Below, in pieces: positions 28,423 to 37,186 of a stretch of 45,737 nt of DNA; the stretch's first letter is position 1, and every line of letters starts with the position of its first letter. Source of the stretch: Candidatus Thorarchaeota archaeon (GTDB lineage Archaea > Asgardarchaeota > Thorarchaeia > Thorarchaeales > Thorarchaeaceae); the NCBI GenBank assembly GCA_048884785.1, contig JBHLQM010000016.1, positions 8,613 through 54,349 of the forward strand. The letters are read 5' to 3'. Made by a program: the position numbers and the translations under genes. Under the pieces are notes generated by a model. That model saw nothing but the letters and a program-made list of their open reading frames with translations, searched no databases and was not told the origin of the DNA.

Positions 28423-30174
28423 ATGGCTGTTGCATTTATGGCGGCGCTAGAAAAAACTCCTGAGAGCTATGACAAGGAGTTTGATGATGTTCTTGATGGA
28501 CGAGCTAGCAAGATAAGAAATAGAATCCTCGAGATGGTAGAATCTGGAATGAAGGTTCTTGATCTCGGATGTGGGCCCGGGGCATTTGCAATCGAAGCTT
28601 CAAAGAAAGGAGCAGATGTTGTTGCCATGGATGCTGACGCAGGAATGATTCAGGTTGCCAGGGAAAGATCATCAGTCCTGCAAAAACCCCCGGAGTTCAT
28701 TTACGGAGATATTCTGCAACTGGGGGAATTTAGCGATTATGAAATCTCGAACGCCCGTAGAGAGTCTGACTTTGACACAACGATTTTGCCCAAGGGAGAA
28801 TATGACCTAGTGGTGAGCACGTTTCTTTTGTCTGAGTTGAAACCACACCAAAGACAGCTGTTCATGCATATTGTAATGACAGTTCTCAAGGACGGGGGCT
28901 CTTTTGCATTCGCGTCCGAAGTCCTTCCTGAAGATAAGTCCGAGGTCAAACGATTTTGGAAGAACCGATCAATAGCAGAAAAAGAGGCAAGACGTCGGTT
29001 TCCACCTCCAATAGCGGATCTTCAGTCCTTGATAAAAGATTCAGGCCTTGAAATAGCCCAGGAAAATCACTATGGCCCAGAAATCTTGCTTGCAATTGGA
29101 TATAGAGGAAAATCGATTGGCACTAATCAGTATCAAAATAGAATACTAAAGTTTCATGGAGCGAGAGCAAGAGCACGCATATGGTATAACCACATTACTG
29201 GTGGGTGGAGAGGAATTCCTATTAAACCCGGGCTCTACAAAGCAGGAAATCCGACACAAGAGAGCCCTGTTGTGGTTACTGCAAATTACGAACTGACATA
29301 TTATACAGTAATGAGAGCATTGGCCAAGGATAAAGTAGATGCGTGGGTGCTTGTATGTGATACTGCTGGGATTAATGTCTGGTGCGCAGCCCGCGGAATT
29401 CACTTCGAAACAGAAGATGTAGTTCAGATGATCAGAGTCACAAGATTATCTGAATTCGTTTCTCATAGAGAGATTCTGTTGCCGCAGTTGGCTGCTGCTG
29501 GAATCAATCCAACTGAGATACGCGAGCGTACGGGTTTTAGAGCTCGTTATGGACCAGTTAAAATCCAAGATTTGGCAAGATGGTTGGAGCTCGGAAAACC
29601 GAGACCTAAACCAAGAGAAATGGCGATCGTAACCTTCAATCTGAGAGAGAGAATGGAGCAAACTGTTGCGCATATTCCATTCTTGTATGCTGCAATCTTG
29701 GCAAAACCGATTCTGGCAATATTAGTAATAACCCTGTTCGGAAGTCTAGGAGCCCTTGTCATCTTTCCTGCTTTCTTCAATGAAATCATATCAACTGCTT
29801 TTAGCGTCCTACTCCTAATAGGAGAATTCAACCTCGCACTCTTTGGAAATGCATTCATCTTGGGAGTTTTCTTCCCCGTTCTGCCTGCTAAAGGCAACTC
29901 CTTCTGGCGGAGAGGCATTGCACTCGCCTTAGGAACACTGCCCTTCGCCGCACTGCTAATGTATATGCTTCAATCTCACTGGACCACCTTCATTACGTGG
30001 ATGATAATTCAATTTGTAATGGCAACATCACTGACAATGGACTGGTCAGGTATGACATCTGTCAGTGACCCAAAGGTGATAAGAAGAGAATACCCATATA
30101 TGGTGACGATGCTCAAAGTTGGCGGTGCCCTGGTAGTAATCTTCAATCTCATAATGATATTCCTAGGATGGTGA
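28423..30174 (+). CDS. Class I SAM methyltransferase fused to an HgcA-like corrinoid membrane protein
   Basis: N-terminal VLDLGCGPG..VAMDAD..YGDI..YDLVVSTFLLSEL; then KPGLY..GNP..SPVVVTANY..DTAGINVWCAARG..SHREILLPQLAA.G..GF...GPV; several TM helices ending MDWSGMTS....IRRE. Confidence 0.88.
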   Translation: MAVAFMAALEKTPESYDKEFDDVLDGRASKIRNRILEMVESGMKVLDLGCGPGAFAIEASKKGADVVAMDADAGMIQVARERSSVLQKPPEFIYGDILQLGEFSDYEISNARRESDFDTTILPKGEYDLVVSTFLLSELKPHQRQLFMHIVMTVLKDGGSFAFASEVLPEDKSEVKRFWKNRSIAEKEARRRFPPPIADLQSLIKDSGLEIAQENHYGPEILLAIGYRGKSIGTNQYQNRILKFHGARARARIWYNHITGGWRGIPIKPGLYKAGNPTQESPVVVTANYELTYYTVMRALAKDKVDAWVLVCDTAGINVWCAARGIHFETEDVVQMIRVTRLSEFVSHREILLPQLAAAGINPTEIRERTGFRARYGPVKIQDLARWLELGKPRPKPREMAIVTFNLRERMEQTVAHIPFLYAAILAKPILAILVITLFGSLGALVIFPAFFNEIISTAFSVLLLIGEFNLALFGNAFILGVFFPVLPAKGNSFWRRGIALALGTLPFAALLMYMLQSHWTTFITWMIIQFVMATSLTMDWSGMTSVSDPKVIRREYPYMVTMLKVGGALVVIFNLIMIFLGW

Positions 30175-30180
30175 TAGAAC

Positions 30181-30510
30181 ATGACACTCGTTGTAGAAAA
30201 ACCAGTACTCGATATTTCATATGACCCATCAAAGTGCAATCGATGTGGCCTTTGCCTTGAAGTGTGCCCCTTCAACGTCTGGGATTTTCCTGATGAGGGA
30301 CCTGCAGTATTGGCACGACCACATGACTGTACAAACTGCACTGCATGCGCTCAGAATTGCCTAGGAAACGCCATTTCTGTATTGAACATTGGCTGCGGTT
30401 GCATATGGAATGAATCAGCTCGACGCCAGGGGCGGCAGCAGGATAAGTTGGTAGGCCCAGATAACAATGCGGATAGTACGTGCACCGGCAATTCATCTTG
30501 TTGCGGCTGA
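30181..30510 (+). CDS. HgcB-like 2[4Fe-4S] ferredoxin
   Basis: CNRCGLCLEVCP and CTNCTACAQNC; IGCGC; C-terminal C..SSCCG; 6 nt after the HgcA-like gene. Confidence 0.85.
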   Translation: MTLVVEKPVLDISYDPSKCNRCGLCLEVCPFNVWDFPDEGPAVLARPHDCTNCTACAQNCLGNAISVLNIGCGCIWNESARRQGRQQDKLVGPDNNADSTCTGNSSCCG

Positions 30511-30568
30511 GGTTGCACCGAAAGGTTCCATTCAATACTTAAGTAGGTCTGGCGTATCTTGAAGAGAT

Positions 30569-31813
30569 ATGAAGGGAATTTTCTACGACCTGAAAATTCG
30601 AAAGGCGCTTCTCAAGAAAATGGGAATAGCCAGAAGATACTCGATGATCAAGTACCGAGATGATTGGCCAATTCCAGAGATAAGCCATCCAAATCAGGTT
30701 ATGATAAAGACGCTTCTTGGAGGGATATGTGCTGGAGACCTCCATCAGATAAATGTCACACTGCCCTTTTGTGCGACAATCATTGCTAGGAAAGACAACC
30801 CATTCCAAATGGGGCATGAATTGGTAGGTGAAGTTGTGAAGATTGGCGAGGGTGTGAAGAATATCAAAATAGGGGACCATGTGACCTTCTCACCTATCAT
30901 TAATTGCGAAGCCTATGGATTTGAGCCCTGTCCTAGCTGCCGAGAAGGACACTATAATACATGTCAAGCAAATGCAGGAATAGGGGACGGTTCTGGTCTC
31001 GAGGAAACATATGGTGGCGAGGGTGGGTTTGGAGGGTTTTCTGGAGGAGGGTTCAGTGAGTTTTTTGTTGCATTTGAAAGGCAATTGACACAAGTGTCGA
31101 AGGAGATACCAGATGAAATCACTGTCCTTGCCGAGCCTTTCTCAATCGGGATTCATGCAGCATTGCGGAAGTTACCCAGAGATGATGAAACGGCATTGAT
31201 AATTGGTGGGGGCATAATTAGTCTGATGACCATTGCAGCCATTCGCGCCTTAAACTCAAAGTGCAGGGTTATTGCATTAGTAAGATATCCATTCCAGGCA
31301 TCAATGGCCAAACAACTTGGGGCAGATGATGTCATTCTTGAACGCGATACGGATGCAATCTACAGCAAAGTTGCACAATTGACCAATGCTGCTCTTGTGA
31401 AACCGCTCAGAGGGAAACGGATAATATATGGCCGTGGAGGACCAGACATCATTTTTGATGCTATTGGGACAGACTCAACCATTGATGATTCGCTTCGACT
31501 CATCAGGTGCAATGGCACAATAGTCTTGATAGGCATGGCATTTGGGACAACCAAGAAGACCGAATGGGCGCTACAGATCTACAAAGAGATTAGCATCTTG
31601 GGTTCTATGAATAGTGGTCTAGAGGAATTCAATGGCGAGAAAGTTGATGCCTTTGAGTTGGCGGCAAGGTTTTTGGAAAAGGAGCCCCATAAATACAAAG
31701 GCCTCGTAACACATCAATTTCAAATCGAAGACTACAAACAGGCATTCTCACTTGCCATGAACAAGAGCAGGGATGGAGCAATAAAAATAGCATTTTCATT
31801 CAAAATTAGCTAG
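30569..31813 (+). CDS. Zn-binding dehydrogenase (MDR family)
   Basis: GICAGD, MGHE, C..CPSC..C, EPFS, GGGIIS. Confidence 0.9.
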   Translation: MKGIFYDLKIRKALLKKMGIARRYSMIKYRDDWPIPEISHPNQVMIKTLLGGICAGDLHQINVTLPFCATIIARKDNPFQMGHELVGEVVKIGEGVKNIKIGDHVTFSPIINCEAYGFEPCPSCREGHYNTCQANAGIGDGSGLEETYGGEGGFGGFSGGGFSEFFVAFERQLTQVSKEIPDEITVLAEPFSIGIHAALRKLPRDDETALIIGGGIISLMTIAAIRALNSKCRVIALVRYPFQASMAKQLGADDVILERDTDAIYSKVAQLTNAALVKPLRGKRIIYGRGGPDIIFDAIGTDSTIDDSLRLIRCNGTIVLIGMAFGTTKKTEWALQIYKEISILGSMNSGLEEFNGEKVDAFELAARFLEKEPHKYKGLVTHQFQIEDYKQAFSLAMNKSRDGAIKIAFSFKIS

Positions 31814-31834
31814 AATTGGCTTAGTAAGTTGGAT

Positions 31835-32311
31835 TCACTTGGAAAGCGATTCCCTAAGGACTTCTGCAAGAGCTTCGCGGCTATTTCTATATTCTAATGC
31901 CGCTTCAGCTCCCAAGAACTCATCGACATCTGAAAGATTGTCTTGTATGTCCAGTAACTTTATTCTCCTTGCATCTTCCGGCCCACTCAAGAGTTGGGCT
32001 TGATAGATTTGATTCCTGTTGGATGTCCCTCTCTTTGGTTTTGTTAGCGCTTTTACAATTTCTGCAACTTCTAAACCAAATGCCGAAGAGATATCTGAGA
32101 GAGAGGTGTCAGTGTCTTCAACTACATCATGAAGTACTGCAGCTATGGTGGCATTCGAGTTCATCCCCAGACTTAATGCGTGAAGTGCAACCCGTATAGG
32201 ATGAGATACATATGGCACACCGTTTGTTCTGAAACTCCCTTTGTGGGCGTTCATTGCAAAAACAAATCCTGCAGAAATGCGTTCGAGTTCTTCTTGGGTC
32301 AATTCACTCAT
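31835..32311 (-). CDS. HD-domain hydrolase, Mesh1/small alarmone hydrolase-like
   Basis: AH.G..R..G.PY.SHP..VA; AVLHDVVEDT; ALTK; KLLD..DN. Start chosen by the GGAGGT SD. Confidence 0.88.
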   Translation of the reverse strand: MSELTQEELERISAGFVFAMNAHKGSFRTNGVPYVSHPIRVALHALSLGMNSNATIAAVLHDVVEDTDTSLSDISSAFGLEVAEIVKALTKPKRGTSNRNQIYQAQLLSGPEDARRIKLLDIQDNLSDVDEFLGAEAALEYRNSREALAEVLRESLSK

Positions 32312-32372
32312 AGTCATACCTCCGGATTTTCTGTCCAAGAACTTAAGGGAAGGAATGCATGTGTTCAATATA

Positions 32373-33185
32373 ATGGTTGATTTAGAAATTTTTGGGAGTA
32401 AACGACCTCTCATTATGGCTCATAGAGGTGATTCTGGTAAAACGCCGGAAAACACCCTTATAGGACTGAAAAGTGCGGTCGAAATTGGAGTAGATTTTCT
32501 CGAAACAGATGTTAGATTGACCAAAGATGACGAACTAGTCTTGTTTCATGATGATGACTTGATCAGAACAAGTGGTGAACAAGGAGCAATTCGTGATATG
32601 ACTCTAAATGATCTGCGACTGATTGACTTTGGATACAATTTTACTATGGATAACGGGAACTCATATCCATATCGAGGAAAGGGACATTCGATTGTGACAC
32701 TTCGAGAGGCATTTGATACATTTCCTGATCACTACATCAATCTGGATATAAAAGACAAGGAACCGCATGCTCCTGAACTACTTGCATCAGTTGTCAAGGA
32801 GTGTGGTCGACAAAGAACTGTCATGGTTGGTTCATTTCATGATAGCCAGATTTACAGATTCAGAAAGATAATGCCCGAGGTTAGAACATCTGCATCTCCA
32901 TCAGAGGTTTCACGATTCGTCTTTGCACTCAAGACAAAGGTTCTCGGCTTTAGGGGAAAAGATTACCCATATCAAGCGTTTCAAGTTCCCCTAAAGTATG
33001 GGAGAATACAAGTCATTAATGAGAGGTTTGTTAAAGCCGCACATGATAGGAAGATTGCAGTTCACGTATGGACGATTAACGAACGTGATGACATGGAGCA
33101 GCTCATTGACCTGGGTGTTGATGGAATATTCACTGATGAACCAGCCCTTCTAAAAGGAATATTAATGGAACGAGGTCTTCTCTAG
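32373..33185 (+). CDS. Glycerophosphodiester phosphodiesterase
   Basis: AHRG; PENT; ETDV..TKD..LFHD; WTIN..GVDGIFTD. Track start 32241 overlaps the divergent gene. Confidence 0.93.
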   Translation: MVDLEIFGSKRPLIMAHRGDSGKTPENTLIGLKSAVEIGVDFLETDVRLTKDDELVLFHDDDLIRTSGEQGAIRDMTLNDLRLIDFGYNFTMDNGNSYPYRGKGHSIVTLREAFDTFPDHYINLDIKDKEPHAPELLASVVKECGRQRTVMVGSFHDSQIYRFRKIMPEVRTSASPSEVSRFVFALKTKVLGFRGKDYPYQAFQVPLKYGRIQVINERFVKAAHDRKIAVHVWTINERDDMEQLIDLGVDGIFTDEPALLKGILMERGLL

Positions 33186-33321
33186 TAAACTCTCTCTCCA
33201 TTTTATTGTGAAACAAGCCGAAATAGCTTAATATGCGACTTAAGAACACTCGTTCTTAGAAGCCGGTTTGCCCAAGATGGTTAAGCAGGCTTTGTAAGTA
33301 GACCATTGCGGAGTGTAACAA

Positions 33322-33459
33322 ATGACCTGCCCAGAATACAATGCAGCCGATCGAAAATGTGGTGTTGACGGATTCAAATTTTATGAGGGCATGAATAAGC
33401 CCTGTGAGAGCCCAGGCATCAATAAGGAAAAGTGTCCTCGATTTGCCATGCAGGGCTAG
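33322..33459 (+). CDS. 45-aa four-cysteine mini-protein (putative Zn-binding)
   Basis: Manual translation MTCPEYNAADRKCGVDGFKFYEGMNKPCESPGINKEKCPRFAMQG; GGAGTG SD upstream; hairpin downstream; below the ORF-track length cutoff. Confidence 0.7.
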   Translation: MTCPEYNAADRKCGVDGFKFYEGMNKPCESPGINKEKCPRFAMQG

Positions 33460-33488
33460 CAATCCTCAGCCAGCATTCGATAGTATTA

Positions 33489-33511
33489 TGGTGCAGCAAA
33501 GTGCTGCACCA
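33489..33511. terminator. Perfect 10-bp hairpin between convergent genes
   Basis: TGGTGCAGCA-AAG-TGCTGCACCA, followed by TTTTT shortly after. Confidence 0.65.
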
Positions 33512-33549
33512 CATTCGATATTTTTCAATAGACCCCCTATCTAAAACTC

Positions 33550-33870
33550 CTAGTTCCCAGTCATTCGTTCAATATTGCTGAGTATAGTATTCTCTCCAGA
33601 AGACTGAGATCCCCAGCTGATGTTGAATACGCCTCCTCCCCCTCCACTTCCAACTACAGTCACAGTGCATCTATTACTATTTCCTTCAGATTCAACAACT
33701 GTGGTAAGAGTTTGGTATGACCCGGTGCGGAAAACGTACTCTTCATGAATAAAGAGACCAATTGTAATTTGATCTGTTCGCCATACCTTCCTTGCAACTT
33801 TTGAATAGTTGCGAGTAAGGTAGTCAATGACCATCTGTGTATACTCACCATCAATAACAAGCTGCTTCAT
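33550..33870 (-). CDS. Hypothetical protein (DUF6054-like)
   Basis: 106-aa ORF; LTTVVE..VTVVGSGGGGG..WGS pattern; family resemblance recalled, not searched. Confidence 0.6.
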   Translation of the reverse strand: MKQLVIDGEYTQMVIDYLTRNYSKVARKVWRTDQITIGLFIHEEYVFRTGSYQTLTTVVESEGNSNRCTVTVVGSGGGGGVFNISWGSQSSGENTILSNIERMTGN

Positions 33871-34146
33871 TTCGCTTTCAGCTCAAGATTAGCATGGGAA
33901 TGAACAAATAAAGGGTCTTCCACTTAGTATTTCTAAATCAGGAAACAAAAGTCGAAGGAATCCTCAGGAAAGAGAATGTTTCGCTAATCTCAGATTGATT
34001 GCAAGCTCGGTATCTTTAGACTCCAACGCAGCCAGAGGTGGTGAAACTGAGAAATATAAATTCAATAGGATAAGTCGATTATAGGTAGTAAGAGTTATCA
34101 ATCTGCATTTACCCTCGAAGCCGTAGTAGTTCACTGGTGATCCGCG

Positions 34147-34413
34147 ATGGTTAAGGCCTACATCCTGATTAAAACCGAAAGTGGAAAGGAAGACGCGGTA
34201 TTGCGAAAGATCCTAGAGCTTTCTGTAACAGAGGAAGCACACAAGGTCTTTGGTCCATTTGATATCATCGCAGAGGTTCGAGGTAGAGACATGGAAACCC
34301 TTGTTGAGATCATTACGCAGAAGATTCGCACAATTGAAGGGACCACTGATACTCAGTCCCTTATGGCAATTGACATTGAGATAGATATGACATCAACGAG
34401 CTTGGCTAATTGA
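34147..34413 (+). CDS. Stand-alone Lrp/AsnC ligand-binding (RAM) domain protein
   Basis: AYILIKTESG; VFGPFDIIA; IRTIEG..T. Confidence 0.9.
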   Translation: MVKAYILIKTESGKEDAVLRKILELSVTEEAHKVFGPFDIIAEVRGRDMETLVEIITQKIRTIEGTTDTQSLMAIDIEIDMTSTSLAN

Positions 34414-34526
34414 TACCTCTGTATGGACCCAAACTCCCTGCTTTCGCAGGTCTGTCGAGAATTTAGTTAAAAAGGGAGTTGGGGAGTCTTATAGTAATTG
34501 GGACCATAATTATGGAGGTAAATTGT

Positions 34527-35315
34527 ATGAAACCTCTCTCACGTAAACCATATGTATTGTTTCTTCAAGATGATAACGGGGATCTTTTTCATGTAAGACT
34601 TGACCCCTCCCTGATTTCTAGCCAAAATGCTATCATCGTTCTTGATGAAATAAACGACACATGCTGGGTATGGATCGGAAGGGATGTCAACATGCCAACG
34701 AGAATGCATGCCCTCAGAATGAGCAAGAGTGTCCAGAAATCGGGCTATGCGGTGGGGGCAACGACAATTGGGATGTCTCTATCACATCTTATTGAGATGA
34801 TGGAAAAGGATGACAGCGACCCCGACGTTGCAACAAACATTGCCAGCTTCAGAAATACTATCGGAAAGAAGTGGAACTTTGACGATAGTGTCCTCGCATT
34901 TGATGCTGCCAAAGCATCAACATACGAAGCAAAGCCGCCCACAATCGTGGACCATGCGGCACCTGCAACCAAGTCGACATCGAAGCCACCGAAGGTAAAG
35001 AGACCAATAGAGATTATAGCAAAGACGGTTGAAGACGAGCCAATGCCAGCTGCAGTTTCAACTGAACCTGGCCTAGCGGCTGAAAAGAAAGCAGCATTCC
35101 TTTTGTATTCAGCAATTAAGAACACAGATATTGTTTATACTGAACGCTTTGAGCGAGATGGAAACAACGGTCTTAAAATCGAAGCTCCCGGCATCTTGGT
35201 AATAGAAGCGCTCATGAAAGGAAATGATCTATTGATTACACCGCCAGAATTCGGTGATAGTGAGCAAGCCCATGAAATCAAGAAAACATATGAGAGCTGG
35301 CTTAGGAAAATCTAA
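34527..35315 (+). CDS. Gelsolin-domain protein with a Pro/Ala/Lys linker and extra C-terminal domain
   Basis: LISSQNAIIVLDE..CWVWIGRD..RMHALR; GGAGGT SD before ATG 34527. Confidence 0.75.
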   Translation: MKPLSRKPYVLFLQDDNGDLFHVRLDPSLISSQNAIIVLDEINDTCWVWIGRDVNMPTRMHALRMSKSVQKSGYAVGATTIGMSLSHLIEMMEKDDSDPDVATNIASFRNTIGKKWNFDDSVLAFDAAKASTYEAKPPTIVDHAAPATKSTSKPPKVKRPIEIIAKTVEDEPMPAAVSTEPGLAAEKKAAFLLYSAIKNTDIVYTERFERDGNNGLKIEAPGILVIEALMKGNDLLITPPEFGDSEQAHEIKKTYESWLRKI

Positions 35316-35336
35316 TGTGATACAGATGTGAGATGC

Positions 35337-35355
35337 TGATGGGCTTTGCCCATCA
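35337..35355. terminator. Hairpin between convergent genes
   Basis: TGATGGGC-TTT-GCCCATCA, extendable by GATG/CATC. Confidence 0.55.
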
Positions 35356-35367
35356 CATCACACAATT

Positions 35368-36144
35368 CTACTCCGTATCATCAAGTAATTCTCGATACCA
35401 GTATTTGTAAGAGTGATTGAGACCTAGACGTGAGTACATTCTTTTTGCACACGAATTGTTTGTTTCCACCTGCAGGTAGACATGGCTTGCACCATGTTCT
35501 CGTCCCCATGCCGCAATATTCTGACTTATTGCAGTTGCAATCCCATGCGCTCGATGTTCCTCCATTGTAGCGATACTGAAGAGACCCAGCCAATCACCGC
35601 TGAGAACACCTAAGCCAACTCCTGCTATTGTGCCGCTAGCTCTTGAAGCTGCAAAGACTTTCTTCAGGGGAGTCCGCAACATTAGCTGCTCTCGTACTGC
35701 CGGTGTTTTGTCGCTATGTTGAGCAGCAGCCAAGTATGCATTAATCCAATCTTTAGGGGGAGTTGGATAAATCTCGACTGGATAGGAGTTCATGTTCTTC
35801 AGCATGATATCAATATCTGCAATTTCTACATCCACCTGCAATCCAATTTTCCAATCTAGTTCTTCAAGGTAAATATCAAGACCAGCGGGCTGGCTGACTT
35901 CCGTCATCTGAAAACGAGGAATGAGTGAACGAGAGTGATAGAATCTGATACACTCTTGTACCGCTGAACCCAAATCAATCGACGGTATTCCACGTGGAAA
36001 CACACTATTAGCTCTTCGTGTGACACCGCGATTAGCTCTGAGAAGCCAACCTCCCATGTGCTGAATCTCAGCTGCAAGCCAAGACTCATGAGCCAAATCC
36101 TCAAGTTTCTGGACGAGATTGCTATTTTTCAATTCACTAAGCAA
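35368..36144 (-). CDS. GNAT family N-acetyltransferase
   Basis: GWLLRA..G.TRRANSV; motif A HRAHGIAT; YLQVETNN..A..Y..LG. Confidence 0.9.
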   Translation of the reverse strand: MLSELKNSNLVQKLEDLAHESWLAAEIQHMGGWLLRANRGVTRRANSVFPRGIPSIDLGSAVQECIRFYHSRSLIPRFQMTEVSQPAGLDIYLEELDWKIGLQVDVEIADIDIMLKNMNSYPVEIYPTPPKDWINAYLAAAQHSDKTPAVREQLMLRTPLKKVFAASRASGTIAGVGLGVLSGDWLGLFSIATMEEHRAHGIATAISQNIAAWGREHGASHVYLQVETNNSCAKRMYSRLGLNHSYKYWYRELLDDTE

Positions 36145-36194
36145 AGCGAGAATTTGACTTATAGACTAGCTGCCTTTTTTGACCTGTCGGACTA

Positions 36195-37184
36195 ATGCGT
36201 CACCTTAATCAGAGAGCGTACGCCATCCTCCACTGTGGTGAATTCTTGAACGAACTCCGCTGGAATGCCTTACTTGGTGAATGGGTCATTGTTACACCAA
36301 TGAGAGCTTCCAGACCATTTCAGGAAAAAGACATTCAATGTCCATTCTGTCCGGATCAAGAGGAAACAAAAGGGGACTGGACGGTTTTGACTCTAGATAA
36401 CCGATTTGCCCCCTTGCAGCCGGATTCAGCTCCAATGTTTTTTGATTCCCAGCTCGTTATTGGAGCTCCTGCTCACGGCTATTGCAAGGTGATTATTGAA
36501 TCAAGAGACCATAATCAGCAAATTGAACATATGGGCTCTAAACAGCTAAAGTATGTCTTTTTGGAATTCATTAGGGTGTTCAATGAGCTGAGTTCTGAAA
36601 ACGGAGTCAAGTATGTTTTACAGTTTGAGAATAGAGGAAAGTCTATTGGTGTTAGCATGAATCATCCCCATGCGCAGGTCTATGCGTTACCTTTCGTTCC
36701 ACCTAGAATTGAAAGAGAACTGACACAGTTCAAGAAATACAAAGAGGAATACGGTAAATGTCTCATTTGTGACGCAGTTGACAAGGAATGCAAGGTGCAG
36801 GAGCGAGTCATTAATGAGAGTGACAACTTTGTGACACTCATACCGTATGGCGCTAGGCTTCCGTATGAAGTTCATCTCTATCCCAAGAACCATGTAGCAA
36901 GCATCGCTAAATTGGAAGATGTGATTGAAGAGTTTGGTCTGATGGTATCAGACATTGTGAAACGCTACGCTGCTGTCTTTGAAGAGAATGCCTATGTCAT
37001 GGTATTCCACGCCCCGCCATCCAATCAAGAAGACGTCCTCTGGCACTTTCACGTTGAGTTTTATCCACCATGGAGAGATCGTACAAGACTCAAGTACCTT
37101 GCAGGTGTTGAAACAGGTGCCTGGATCTATACCAATGATTCGTCCCCTGAGGAGAAGGCGCGTGAACTTAGGGAGGCGCTCTAG
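36195..37184 (+). CDS. galT: Galactose-1-phosphate uridylyltransferase
   Basis: ELRWNALLGEWV..R..RP; CPFCP; FENRG..G.S..HPHAQ. True start may be about 15 codons later. Confidence 0.93.
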   Translation: MRHLNQRAYAILHCGEFLNELRWNALLGEWVIVTPMRASRPFQEKDIQCPFCPDQEETKGDWTVLTLDNRFAPLQPDSAPMFFDSQLVIGAPAHGYCKVIIESRDHNQQIEHMGSKQLKYVFLEFIRVFNELSSENGVKYVLQFENRGKSIGVSMNHPHAQVYALPFVPPRIERELTQFKKYKEEYGKCLICDAVDKECKVQERVINESDNFVTLIPYGARLPYEVHLYPKNHVASIAKLEDVIEEFGLMVSDIVKRYAAVFEENAYVMVFHAPPSNQEDVLWHFHVEFYPPWRDRTRLKYLAGVETGAWIYTNDSSPEEKARELREAL

Positions 37185-37186
37185 CA

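Noticed and set aside
28423-30174. Calling the gene cdhE/acsC or arsM
   Set aside because: It has an HgcA-type cap helix and TM domain and lacks the Fe-S and TIM-barrel parts of CdhE; the methyltransferase domain lacks the multiple catalytic cysteines of ArsM.
33259-33335. tRNA-like 5' sequence GCCGGTTTGCCCAAGATGGTTAAG
   Set aside because: The D stem does not pair, there is no TTCGA T-loop and no matching acceptor stem; the region is better explained as the leader of the 45-aa ORF.
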